Source: Methanobacteriota archaeon (GTDB lineage Archaea; Halobacteriota; Bog-38; Methanoflorentales; Methanoflorentaceae). Taken from it: DNA of 64,000 bases. Positions 52,631 to 62,213 of the stretch are shown here, one piece after another (position 1 is the first letter of the stretch; every line of letters begins with the position of its first letter). A program made the position numbers and the translations under genes. Below the pieces are notes generated by a model, which was not told where the DNA came from, did no database searches, and saw only the letters and a program-made list of their open reading frames with translations. The stretch spans positions 228,144-292,143 of the forward strand of contig CAVRAO010000002.1 of assembly GCA_963719035.1 (NCBI GenBank). Direction: 5' to 3'.

Positions 52631-53341
52631 TCAAGCTAGGGCTAGTAACCCCAAGATTCCGATTGAAATCAGCAGCCCGATCACAATACCCTCAACCTTT
52701 CCAGCGTAAACGCCGGCAGCGTACTTGTTCAAGTTGCCGATGGTCTTCATGTGGAACTGCAGACCCTGCACGCGGGCTTGTATCGCTGCTATTTCTGCTG
52801 CCATAGGGGCCTCTACAAGGGCCTCCTCGGTTTCTTTTTCTTTAAGCTCAACGACGACTGGAGGTTCCGGGTAAGCTCCGGGATCTCGTCCAATCAGCTC
52901 CTTAACCTTCGCGGATATCGCGCTGACATCCTCGTTGTTAATCATGCTGAAGAATTCGACCTGCTTTTGGAACCTTTCAAGGTGCTCTTCGTTCAAGTTT
53001 TCGATGAACGGTATAGCCCCTTGAGCATCGATTATGCGTCCTTCCTTAACGCCGTTCTTGTACAGTGCCTCCAGAGATTGTCCGGTCACGTGACCCATGA
53101 TTTCTGAGCCGCAGAGGATCAGAAATCGTATGTTCGGATTCGAGATGATGTTTACTATGACCTTCTCGAGGCCGATGTTCTCGGTCTTCGCCGTGCCCTC
53201 GATCGCTGCTCCTTGGTCAGTGAAGAGTTTGCCGAAGTGAGACCCTAAGGTCACCACAGCGACGGAACTCTCCGGATCTCCAAAGAAGAAATCTCCCTTG
53301 ACGACCGGCCAGTTAGGCGCAGGTGCAACTTTTTCTGCCAC
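52631..53341 (-). CDS. mtrA: Tetrahydromethanopterin S-methyltransferase subunit A (corrinoid-binding)
   Basis: NWPVVKGDFFFGDPESSVAVVTLGSH...NPNIRFLILCGSE with a C-terminal TM anchor. Confidence 0.9.
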   Translation of the reverse strand: MAEKVAPAPNWPVVKGDFFFGDPESSVAVVTLGSHFGKLFTDQGAAIEGTAKTENIGLEKVIVNIISNPNIRFLILCGSEIMGHVTGQSLEALYKNGVKEGRIIDAQGAIPFIENLNEEHLERFQKQVEFFSMINNEDVSAISAKVKELIGRDPGAYPEPPVVVELKEKETEEALVEAPMAAEIAAIQARVQGLQFHMKTIGNLNKYAAGVYAGKVEGIVIGLLISIGILGLLALA

Positions 53342-53343
53342 GG

Positions 53344-53658
53344 TTACATCCCCCCTCTAACGCGAAGGATTATGGTCACGAGAGCAAGGAAAATCATCGC
53401 AACAGTGAACCCGTAGAACGCGTTGGTCCACATGCCCGCCCAGTAATGCGCCTTTTCTCTGCCTGGAAACGAGTCGATGAGTGGCTTGTCCGCTGAAAGC
53501 GAGTTTACCACGCCGTCCGCTAGAGCGTCATACTCCTCAATTTGAGCCGCAACGGGCTCCAAGGAGTAGAAGACAAGGTCGTCCCGCTCCTTCGCTATGA
53601 CGAACTCTTCGACATCCATCCGCAGGCCAACGTCAGACGACATGTCTACGAATTTCAT
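53344..53658 (-). CDS. mtrB: Tetrahydromethanopterin S-methyltransferase subunit B
   Basis: 104 aa with a C-terminal TM helix, MtrB-like. Confidence 0.8.
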   Translation of the reverse strand: MKFVDMSSDVGLRMDVEEFVIAKERDDLVFYSLEPVAAQIEEYDALADGVVNSLSADKPLIDSFPGREKAHYWAGMWTNAFYGFTVAMIFLALVTIILRVRGGM

Positions 53659-54464
53659 GCGACTTCCTCCTCAGTCGGTAATAGACCGGTTGATAGCACA
53701 GACGCCGCATCTTCTTTCGTATCTGCCCAGAATCGCAGGTAGTAGATGACCCAGCCGCAGATCGCGACTATTAGCGTAGGCACTGCTGCCTGAACGCCGT
53801 TGATGGCACCTGAAGCGATTCCTGTGACGATCATGGCGATGAACCCTGTTGACAGAGCAAGATTAAGCGTTCTCTGTTGTCTCTCGTCGGGACCAAGGCA
53901 CGCGTTAAACGGATGAAGCATAGCCATGCCGCCGACAATGAAGACTGCAATGATGAACCCTGAAGCAACTACGTAGCTCATGATCGCGTTGAAGGCATAA
54001 CTTCCAGCGATCGCCGTACTGAAACCGAGTATGATAAGGGACGCTGCCATTGCGATTTCCGTCATCGACATTTCCATTATGTGGATGTTCATTTTGATGA
54101 CACGTCTTGCCATAACTCCGTTAACGAGACCTATAATCGCGGCCAAAATCAGCGCGATAATAGGGGCTGCTACTTCAACGCCGTAATTCTTTGCTACTGC
54201 GAGACCGAGCAAGACGGCTACTTGACCAGCTCCGAGCGATAGCAAACCTATCGACGGCACGCCGGTACCGAGCCCATAGCTCGCCACTCGCCTGACGGCG
54301 TCTGCTCCATAGTACACTGCAAGTATTGCGCCAAGTGCAGCGATGAACGAAAACCACGCGGTACCCGTCCAGCTGTTGAGATAACTCGCGATGTAAATGC
54401 CTATCAAGCCACCTAAAATTCCGATGACCATCAATTGACGCGGCGATTTTTCACCTTCTGCCAT
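53655..54464 (-). CDS. mtrC: Tetrahydromethanopterin S-methyltransferase subunit C
   Basis: Polytopic membrane protein in the operon position. Confidence 0.8.
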   Translation of the reverse strand: MAEGEKSPRQLMVIGILGGLIGIYIASYLNSWTGTAWFSFIAALGAILAVYYGADAVRRVASYGLGTGVPSIGLLSLGAGQVAVLLGLAVAKNYGVEVAAPIIALILAAIIGLVNGVMARRVIKMNIHIMEMSMTEIAMAASLIILGFSTAIAGSYAFNAIMSYVVASGFIIAVFIVGGMAMLHPFNACLGPDERQQRTLNLALSTGFIAMIVTGIASGAINGVQAAVPTLIVAICGWVIYYLRFWADTKEDAASVLSTGLLPTEEEVA

Positions 54465-54465
54465 G

Positions 54466-55206
54466 TTAAATCCCTCCTGGCAACATGACGCTGATTAGCA
54501 GCGCAAAAAGGCCGCCGACTGCTGATACGACGAGACTTGCAACGATCGACTTTGGTATGCGCTTGAATTTAGGATCGTGGAAGCCTTCAATCGTGCCGCC
54601 GATGTTGTACGATGCCATCACGCAGTTAAGGAAGAATATCCCAATAGCGAAGGCTGCTGCGAGCGATACGTAGTAAGGGGCCGAATAGGTGCCGAACGTC
54701 GCAGAAAACCCTGGAATCGCTTTGTACGTTTCAACCAGCGCAAAGTACACGAGAGCGCCGCCGACACCGGCGATGAACGCCCCTATGATGCCACTGATGA
54801 AACTGACCATCGGAGATCCGTGGCCTTCAGTCCCACGTGATACGTACAGGTCCTGACGCCATTTTGTGATGGGGTCATATTTTATTTTAGCTGATGAGAG
54901 CGGCACACCTGCGCCGTAAACGTACATGACGTTTGCGATAAACGCTAAAATCGCAATCATCAATGCTGCACTCACTCCCCCCATGACTATAGTGTAAGCA
55001 AAGTCACCAGGGTGCAAGTAGTACGCGGAGCCTGCTCCGATGAGTCCTGTAAGACCTGACGCAGCAGCAAGCATCGTCGTCCCGGTTCCGACTCCCGTTG
55101 CCTGCGACATAGCCGCAGGAGCGCCGCCGACCGGAATAAAGTGGACGCCTGCACCGATCAGAATCCCGCCGAGTATAATCCACACCCAGAACAAAAGATC
55201 AAACAT
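54466..55206 (-). CDS. mtrD: Tetrahydromethanopterin S-methyltransferase subunit D
   Basis: Polytopic membrane protein in the operon position. Confidence 0.8.
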   Translation of the reverse strand: MFDLLFWVWIILGGILIGAGVHFIPVGGAPAAMSQATGVGTGTTMLAAASGLTGLIGAGSAYYLHPGDFAYTIVMGGVSAALMIAILAFIANVMYVYGAGVPLSSAKIKYDPITKWRQDLYVSRGTEGHGSPMVSFISGIIGAFIAGVGGALVYFALVETYKAIPGFSATFGTYSAPYYVSLAAAFAIGIFFLNCVMASYNIGGTIEGFHDPKFKRIPKSIVASLVVSAVGGLFALLISVMLPGGI

Positions 55207-55212
55207 CGTGCA

Positions 55213-56115
55213 TCACTCCGCCTCTGTTTCTTCTTTGTAAGTGCCGTAGCGCTGTCTGGAGTAGCGTTCGAGGTATACGTTCATGATGATGAAGATCACG
55301 ACGATTATTACTCCAGCGACTGCCGACCACCAATCCTTTACCACGACTTCCTTCCAGAAGTGTAAGTAAACGACGAGGCCAAAGCCCAGCCCTGTCAGTG
55401 GTCCTCCGAATTTGGAACAGAACCACGCGCAGTCTATAGAATTCCTGAGGCCTGATTCAGCTTTGCGCACTACGCTGCCTGAATGAGCCGCGTTGACGCC
55501 AGAGCCATAAGGCCTATCTTGATAGTACCGATCGGTTCCAAGGTGAACGTCACCCACTGCGGAACCTACGCCACCAAGAGCGATTCCCCAAATAAATGCA
55601 AGCACGACAAAGGGGAACGGACTTAGGTTTTGTGCAATTAGTATCCACGTTAACAATAGGACGCTAAAATTCGCTATGAAGCCGTGTGCCATTAACACGG
55701 GCGTGTGCGTTCTCAGGACATCCAAATAGATAGGTTGCCCAAATCGCGATTGACTCGCCAGTCTGCCCACGTAGGACGTCGTGGCATAAACGCCGTGTAT
55801 CAATGCAGTAACGAAAGCACCGGCTACAAGAGCGAAGAAGACGCCGATCGGACTCTCACTTCCAGTGACAGACAAGACCGATATCGTTGTTGCCGCTCCA
55901 ATCGCTGCGTAGAACGGATAAGAAGCTGGTTCACCGGAAATCGCTTTGTTATAAAGCCTGTGCAGATAACCCATCTGGGGGGCTAACTGTACTTGCGAAT
56001 TCGGGTTACTCTGTGAACCAACGTCGGATTCGAGATCCTCCGCTATACCAGCAATCAGGGCTGCGCCGCCAACGATCGTCAGAGCGCCTAATTCTACCAT
56101 CATTTGCGGATCCAT
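55213..56115 (-). CDS. mtrE: Tetrahydromethanopterin S-methyltransferase subunit E
   Basis: 300-aa polytopic membrane protein, first gene of mtrEDCBAFGH. Confidence 0.85.
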   Translation of the reverse strand: MDPQMMVELGALTIVGGAALIAGIAEDLESDVGSQSNPNSQVQLAPQMGYLHRLYNKAISGEPASYPFYAAIGAATTISVLSVTGSESPIGVFFALVAGAFVTALIHGVYATTSYVGRLASQSRFGQPIYLDVLRTHTPVLMAHGFIANFSVLLLTWILIAQNLSPFPFVVLAFIWGIALGGVGSAVGDVHLGTDRYYQDRPYGSGVNAAHSGSVVRKAESGLRNSIDCAWFCSKFGGPLTGLGFGLVVYLHFWKEVVVKDWWSAVAGVIIVVIFIIMNVYLERYSRQRYGTYKEETEAE

Positions 56116-56533
56116 TTAACTCCTCCCTTGTATGGTATTTGGCTTTCTAGCCCAGATTTCTGATTCACTATCCAGCGAACCGCGAAATCAGTGTATTCTG
56201 CGGCATTAAAATTGCTTAAAATGAATTATTGGCTCTATTTAGTTCGCTAGATCACGGATAATTGATAGGTCTAACTATTTAACATTATTGATAAGTTGAC
56301 GATTAAAATAGCTTAATCTAGATAAAATTAAAATAACGTTCAATTCACTTTTAAGAGACAAAATTAGCTTGAAATGGATCCTGAAAAAAGCGCCAATTTC
56401 GAGCTTTTTGTGACGCTAATACTAAAGTTTCGACAGGGTTATATGAAAGCCGCGCTCCGACACTGAAAAGGTGGTTGTGATGACTCGCAAATAGCGAATT
56501 TTCGCGTTTGTACGTGACAAAAGGTTGCCATAA
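56116..56533 (-). promoter_or_regulatory. AT-rich mtr upstream region, with promoter and 5' leader expected
   Basis: About 418 nt non-coding between mtrE and cofH, with several TATA-like A/T octamers on the minus strand. Confidence 0.3.
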
Positions 56534-57628
56534 TCAGTGCGATTGTGTCCGGTAAAGCGTATCTCGCACTCGAGGGATACGCCCTAGATCAGTTATTATT
56601 CTTACAAAGTCGTGTGGTTCCAAACTTTGCCCGAATGTCCCTCCTGCAGTTCTCGTTATGTTCTCATCAATCAACGTGCCACCCAAGTCGTTTGCACCGC
56701 AGATGAGGGCTATCTGCGCAAACTTCGTTCCTAACTTGACCCACGACACTTGGATATTTGGGATATTATCAAGATAAAGCCGCCCAACCGCATAAATGAG
56801 GAGATCCTCTCGACCAGTCGCCCCGGGCCGCGCAATACCCGCTCGATAAATTGGAGTGTTATAATGGATAAAGCTCAACGGGACAAACTCTGTAAAGCCG
56901 CCAGTCTCGTCTTGAATGGTTCTCAAGAGCCGTAGGTGATTGACGATATCCTCATATGATTCAATATGACCGTACATAATGGTACAAGTGGTAGGAATCC
57001 CAAGGCGATGTGCACTAACGATAATTTCTGTCCACGTTTTTGTATCAATCTTCTGTGGACACAACGTCTTTCGGACTTCATCCACAAGAATCTCAGCTGC
57101 AGTGCCTGGCATCGAATCGAGACCGGCTTGTTTGAGCATTTTTAACATGTCGATATTCGAAATGCCTAATTTTTCTGCGCCATAAGCGACTTCTGCTGGA
57201 GAGAATGCGTGAACGTGAATGTCAGGAACTGCGTTTTTGACTGCTTCTAAGATTTCGACGTAGGTATTACCGTCAACCTCAGGGTGAAGTCCGCTAAAAA
57301 TTCCGACCTCTGTCGCGCCTGTTTGGCGCGCTTCAACTACTCGTTGTACGATCTCATCGACCGGTAAAAAGTAGGCTTCAGGGCCGTCTTTTCTTGCTCT
57401 AAAGGCGCAAAAACCGCACGATCCAATGCAGATGTTAGTAAAGTTTATGTTTCGATTGATAATGTAGCTCACACTGTCGCCGACGCGTTTCTGCCTGACC
57501 GCATCTGCTGCAGCGAATACCGTATGGAGGTCTGCTCCGCGCACGTTGAGCAGATAGAGGGCATCGTTTTCATCGATTCGATGCCCGTCTTGAGCTTGGT
57601 TCAAAATGTCAGACAAAGCTTTTGCCAT
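56534..57628 (-). CDS. cofH: FO synthase subunit CofH-like radical SAM enzyme (F420 biosynthesis)
   Basis: INRNINFTNICIGSCGFCAF radical-SAM motif with CofH/MqnC-type architecture, 364 aa. Confidence 0.7.
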   Translation of the reverse strand: MAKALSDILNQAQDGHRIDENDALYLLNVRGADLHTVFAAADAVRQKRVGDSVSYIINRNINFTNICIGSCGFCAFRARKDGPEAYFLPVDEIVQRVVEARQTGATEVGIFSGLHPEVDGNTYVEILEAVKNAVPDIHVHAFSPAEVAYGAEKLGISNIDMLKMLKQAGLDSMPGTAAEILVDEVRKTLCPQKIDTKTWTEIIVSAHRLGIPTTCTIMYGHIESYEDIVNHLRLLRTIQDETGGFTEFVPLSFIHYNTPIYRAGIARPGATGREDLLIYAVGRLYLDNIPNIQVSWVKLGTKFAQIALICGANDLGGTLIDENITRTAGGTFGQSLEPHDFVRIITDLGRIPRVRDTLYRTQSH

Positions 57629-57692
57629 TGTTTTTAGTCCGTTAAGGTAGTTACCTCAACTTACGCGTGAAATTATCTTCCTTTAGAGCCTG

Positions 57693-58196
57693 TTACCGTG
57701 AGAAGCGTTCCACCTTCACAGGGTCAATAATCGCGTCAATCAAAAAGTCAAATGGTAACGTTGTAGTCCACCCCACCTGTTCAAACATGTTCATAAAAGA
57801 GACGCCGATCACGGTTCCTTCCGGTAGCAGTACACGTTGAAGGAAGGACGAAACCTCCTCACGGCTTACAGGTGAAATAGGCATCGCTAATCCCCCTAAG
57901 ACAACGACTACCTTAGCTTTTTCAATCTCGACATGATCTCCGAACTGTATACCAATGTTTTCGACAGGCACCACAGTCGTAGCTAAACTCAAATCAAGAT
58001 TAGGCACAAATACTTGCTTTATATCTAGCTTCCTTATCGTATATGCAAGTAACTCAATGAAAGGCGTGCAAACTCCGGGCAAACCGACGTACACTATTCT
58101 ATCTTCGTCGCGTAAGCCAAGTGGTTCGATAATGCCCTTGAATGGTCGCGAAATTCCTGAAACGCCTTTGGAGGTATCAATAATCGTTCTTTCCAT
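57693..58196 (-). CDS. Conserved archaeal hypothetical protein
   Basis: 167 aa, immediately upstream of and co-directional with cofH. Confidence 0.35.
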   Translation of the reverse strand: MERTIIDTSKGVSGISRPFKGIIEPLGLRDEDRIVYVGLPGVCTPFIELLAYTIRKLDIKQVFVPNLDLSLATTVVPVENIGIQFGDHVEIEKAKVVVVLGGLAMPISPVSREEVSSFLQRVLLPEGTVIGVSFMNMFEQVGWTTTLPFDFLIDAIIDPVKVERFSR

Positions 58197-58394
58197 ATAT
58201 CCACCTGCTAATGCAATAAGATGAGATTTACCACGCGCACTAATAAAGGTAAGGTATTACATTGGTCTTGGCACTTTAAAGATGGACCAATGGATGTTTT
58301 TCTCAACTGCATCAAAAAAAGGGGGGAGCTTTCAGCTAGACTTTACTCCCGTACCGTTTTTCAGTACAATCTCGTCTAACTATCCGATATTTCT

Positions 58395-58754
58395 TACGGC
58401 GACATTACGTGTGTTGAGTTCACTGGAAGTCTGAAAATTGTATAGCGCTTGCCTGCAAGCCCAGTAGCGAGTGCTTGCGTAATACTCTCTGCCTTCGCCT
58501 CTTTCACAACCATGTTAACCTGTATAGCCCTCTCAGTATGGTCTCGTATCGCCTCGATGGCCATTTCAGCTTCCTCTTTGATAACAAAGCCAGCCCAGTT
58601 CTGAGGGGAGACGCCCCGGTACCTCGATACAATAAAACCCCGTTACGCTCTGTTCGGTAAGGATATTTACAGTCCTTCCAAGGGTTTCATAATCTACAAA
58701 AACGTTTAAAAGGACTTTTGGCACGCAGTCACGCTCCTTCAGGTTTGAGATCAA
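58395..58754 (-). CDS. Small hypothetical protein split between two frames. Frameshifted.
   Basis: ORF 58566..58754 (MISNLKERDCVPKVLLNVFVDYETLGRTVNILTEQSVTGF...) continues in another frame as ...VSPQNWAGFVIKEEAEMAIEAIRDHTERAIQVNMVVKEAKAESITQALATGLAGKRY... to a stop at 58395. The switch is near 58640, among G/C runs. Confidence 0.35.
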
Positions 58755-58969
58755 TGGCTATATGCAACTTGTTCTATATGTTTTCTCCCTTGAAGGAAGG
58801 GGGGGGAATTGCTTGAGCGATCGCGCGATAGTCGAACTAACTTGTGATCGTCTCGTGACGTTGGCTTAAGTATGAAGCTTTTCCATTTGACAACCCGCTT
58901 TCTATCATTTACAGGCTAAAACCGGCTTTTTTACAGTAACGTTAAATAAGTATATATCGGAGTGAGAGC

Positions 58970-59239
58970 ATGGATCGCGAAATCGTTATTTCGGTAAGTG
59001 TTAGAGCCGTCGGATACGACAAAGAAACGTTAACGCTCGAAATTGAGTTCTGCGATTCAAGTATTTATCAGTTTTTTGAAGTGCCTGAAGAGGTTTATAG
59101 CGGGTTTTTGGTATCCATGGGCTTGAATCTAGAAAAAACTGACCTGAATTACTTTTCAAAACACATAAAAGGACAGTACAAACAGAAGACGGTGCGTAGG
59201 CCACGATTAAATCTTTTTAAGAGCGTTTTAGATACATAG
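58970..59239 (+). CDS. KTSC-domain protein
   Basis: VGYDKETLTLEIEFCDSSIYQFFEVPEEVYSGF matches the KTSC consensus. Confidence 0.6.
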   Translation: MDREIVISVSVRAVGYDKETLTLEIEFCDSSIYQFFEVPEEVYSGFLVSMGLNLEKTDLNYFSKHIKGQYKQKTVRRPRLNLFKSVLDT

Positions 59240-59582
59240 AAACTGCAATACGGGCTCAGAGCGTATCGCCACTACCTGACACGGTCCGAGCAACTGGAAA
59301 TGCTCAGCAAACATGAGTAAAAGTCAAGCATCTAAAGTTTAACTTAAGTACCGGCCTCATGTATACTTATATTCCTGAATCCAGCCCCTTCCAGTCAACG
59401 TAGCCCTATGGTTCTCCTCGAAGTATTTTATCTCTATCGGAGTGTCAACAGCGAAACGTTCTAAGCTTAATTAGCGATTAGCAGGCGGCCCACCGACACG
59501 AACGCAGATTAAACACCCAACAAGTGCTCACAAGGCATTACGGTTAATGTTGCTGAAGCTGTCTACAATACGTGTGTGAATT

Positions 59583-60002
59583 ATGAATAAGCAAACAATT
59601 CTGTTCCTGTGCACGCACAACGCCGCACGCTCGCAGATGGCTGAAGGGTTCGTTAACGCACAGTTCTGTGATCGATATAAAGCACACAGCGCGGGGAATG
59701 AACCAACTGAGGTGCATCCGTGCGCTGTCGAGGTGATGGCCGAGCTTGGCATCGACATTTCTAGACAGCGCGCAAAATCATTAAGCGAGTTTGATGATGC
59801 GCTAATTGATTATGTTGTTACCATGTGTGCTGACGCCGCGGAGAACTGCCCAGTCTTTCCGGGTGCAACGACTTATCTCCACCATCCCTTTGACGATCCG
59901 GCCGCAGGTGCCGGATCAGGTCCCCAGCAATGTGCGCCTTTCAGATACGTGCGTGACCGAATCGGAGAGTGGATCGAGGCCACATTTTCCCATAATCCGT
60001 GA
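59583..60002 (+). CDS. arsC: Arsenate reductase, LMW-PTP family (thioredoxin-coupled ArsC)
   Basis: CTHNAARSQMAEG P-loop. Confidence 0.75.
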   Translation: MNKQTILFLCTHNAARSQMAEGFVNAQFCDRYKAHSAGNEPTEVHPCAVEVMAELGIDISRQRAKSLSEFDDALIDYVVTMCADAAENCPVFPGATTYLHHPFDDPAAGAGSGPQQCAPFRYVRDRIGEWIEATFSHNP

Positions 60003-60046
60003 GCCTCTAGCTATATCAGTTGAACCCCCCTGTCGACATTCTCGAT

Positions 60047-60790
60047 TTAAAACAATACGTTTACCGGCACCCCCTCCCTCTCGAAGCCTTTCTTCAACTC
60101 GTCGCCTTTTTCAGCAAAGAACCGATCCTCGGTCGCCCACTCCATGTTGTTTTGCCGGTAGATGCGGTTTGCATAGTGGTAGTTCAGCCGGTCCACCAGG
60201 ACGAAATCAACAGCACCAGCAAGTTCGCCAGGCAGCCTTTCAGCTCCGGGCAGGAGCGGAGCGATCATGACGAAAGTCTTAATCCCTTCGGCATGAAGCG
60301 ATTTCAAGGCATTGATCCGTTCCTTGATCATGGTGGCCCCTGGTTCAAAGATCCGCCGGATCTTTTCCTCAGCCGTAGTGATGGAAAAGCCGACCTCTAC
60401 TTTGCCAGATGTTTTAAGGATGTCGATATCGCGCAGCACGAGAGGGGACTTGGTCTGAATCGTTACCGGCCAATCGCTCCCTAAAAGGATTTCAAGACAT
60501 TTCCGGGTCAGTAGGTAATTCTTCTCTGCAGGTTGATACGGATCGCATACACCGCTTACCCAGACCCTCCCCATTGGCTTCCTTGTTATTTCCTTCGCTA
60601 GCACCTCCGGGGCATTGATCTTGACGTCTACAAACTCGCCCCATGGTTCCCGGTGACCGGTGAACCGCTTCATGAATGCAGCGTAACAATATCTGCAGGC
60701 ATGGCTGCATCCCCTATACGGGTTCACGGCGTAATCATAGACCTGGGATTTCGAAAGGACGGATTTTGCAGATATTTCTTGGATCTTCAT
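60047..60790 (-). CDS. Radical SAM protein of the SplB/DNA-repair-photolyase-like family
   Basis: YRGCSHACRYCYA motif, 247 aa. Confidence 0.65.
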   Translation of the reverse strand: MKIQEISAKSVLSKSQVYDYAVNPYRGCSHACRYCYAAFMKRFTGHREPWGEFVDVKINAPEVLAKEITRKPMGRVWVSGVCDPYQPAEKNYLLTRKCLEILLGSDWPVTIQTKSPLVLRDIDILKTSGKVEVGFSITTAEEKIRRIFEPGATMIKERINALKSLHAEGIKTFVMIAPLLPGAERLPGELAGAVDFVLVDRLNYHYANRIYRQNNMEWATEDRFFAEKGDELKKGFEREGVPVNVLF

Positions 60791-61083
60791 TCAGTTCCAT
60801 CATATTTGGTGCGAGATTCGCATTATAATGTTTATCAGTGAAGTCGTTGCAACACGCTGTGAACCACAAAAGGTGCAGTACCTGTATGTCACACCGAATT
60901 ACAAATTTTTTAGCTTGGAGGGCGCAAAAGTCTCTGTAGGCGATCACAAACATTAATCTAAGGCACGCGCGATATAATTATCATGCTAGCTGTTAATCAA
61001 CTGCGTGATCTGTCCATAGACTCGCCAGAATCCGGGCTGCTGGAGATCCATCGCAGCAAAATCGCTTCAGAATGGCCGGAGCA

Positions 61084-61905
61084 TCAAAGGTGAAATCTCA
61101 GATGGGTTCCTGCAGCAGTCAGCGTGCAGTCTACGTATTTGCCTATCAATTCGGCAACTTTACATCCTGTGCAGTGTGATGCTGCGACGAACTCCACACC
61201 TCGTTCGCGCAGGAATAATGCAAGTGCCCTCACATCACGTTGAGACGCGTTCACGAGATGCAAACCACCGACTATACCGTAGAGCGGTTTGTCAGTCATC
61301 GCTTCTACCTGCTGAATCGTGTTTCGGACGCCCGCGTGTGCACAGCCTAACAATAATAATGCTTTCTTAGACCCTTCAACGACTACTGCAACCTCATCGA
61401 GAACGTTGTCGATCACTCTGCCGGCAGCGTCGAGCGATAGACCTGTTAAACGTTGATCAGCAGCGAACGGTCGAGCGATCTGCCCAGTCGTCCATATCCC
61501 TTCTAATACCTCGTGTGGATCGTTATCGAAGTGAACCTCAACACCCTCGCGCTCCAATTCCTCTTTGGCAAAGGGCGCGCTGACGTTACGAACATTATTT
61601 ATTCCCTTTAACGAGAATCGCTGCGTAAAAACATCGCTGTGCGCGAAAATAGCCGTCTTTGGGAAAATGCGTGAAAAGGTTATCAGGCCGCCGGTATGGT
61701 CGTAATGACCGTGGCTTAAAACGATGGGGGGAGAATGAAACGTGGTGCCAAGAACGTGTGCATTGTGAACAGCAGATATGCCTTGACCAACGTCAAAGAG
61801 AAGTTGTTGCTCATCCCTTTCAAGCAGGATAGACAGCCCATGTTCGGCAAGCAATCCCTTTTTATTGACGGTGTTATCTGAAAGCAGCGTGATTTCGACG
61901 TCCAT
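61084..61905 (-). CDS. MBL-fold metallo-hydrolase
   Basis: HGHYDHTGG motif. Confidence 0.7.
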   Translation of the reverse strand: MDVEITLLSDNTVNKKGLLAEHGLSILLERDEQQLLFDVGQGISAVHNAHVLGTTFHSPPIVLSHGHYDHTGGLITFSRIFPKTAIFAHSDVFTQRFSLKGINNVRNVSAPFAKEELEREGVEVHFDNDPHEVLEGIWTTGQIARPFAADQRLTGLSLDAAGRVIDNVLDEVAVVVEGSKKALLLLGCAHAGVRNTIQQVEAMTDKPLYGIVGGLHLVNASQRDVRALALFLRERGVEFVAASHCTGCKVAELIGKYVDCTLTAAGTHLRFHL

Positions 61906-62213
61906 CTATGCGTTAACCCCTCCTTATTAAGCGTGTTAACCTGATCGATAATCTCGTTCTATCTTCGAGCAGGCGCTTGACCTTGCGCAGGGTCTCTTCA
62001 GCGTCCATCGCATTGGCAAAGGTCCAATTCCTTCGCTGGAGGCCTTTTACGCATTAGCTTAGTTTTACTTAACGCTACATCAATAAGAAGGTAGCAAGCG
62101 CGCTCAATGATCCTCGCATCATCAACGTGAGAAGAATATAAAAACGATCACTTGTCTTTATCATCCCAGAATGAAGGGTTTTTTCTGGCCTGGCGATTCA
62201 CGCAAATGTTTGT

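Noticed and set aside
59806-60484. Two plus-strand ORFs (154 aa each) antisense to the radical SAM gene
   Set aside because: They are Pro/Arg/Ser-rich shadow ORFs. The minus-strand radical SAM gene has a clear CxxxCxxC motif.
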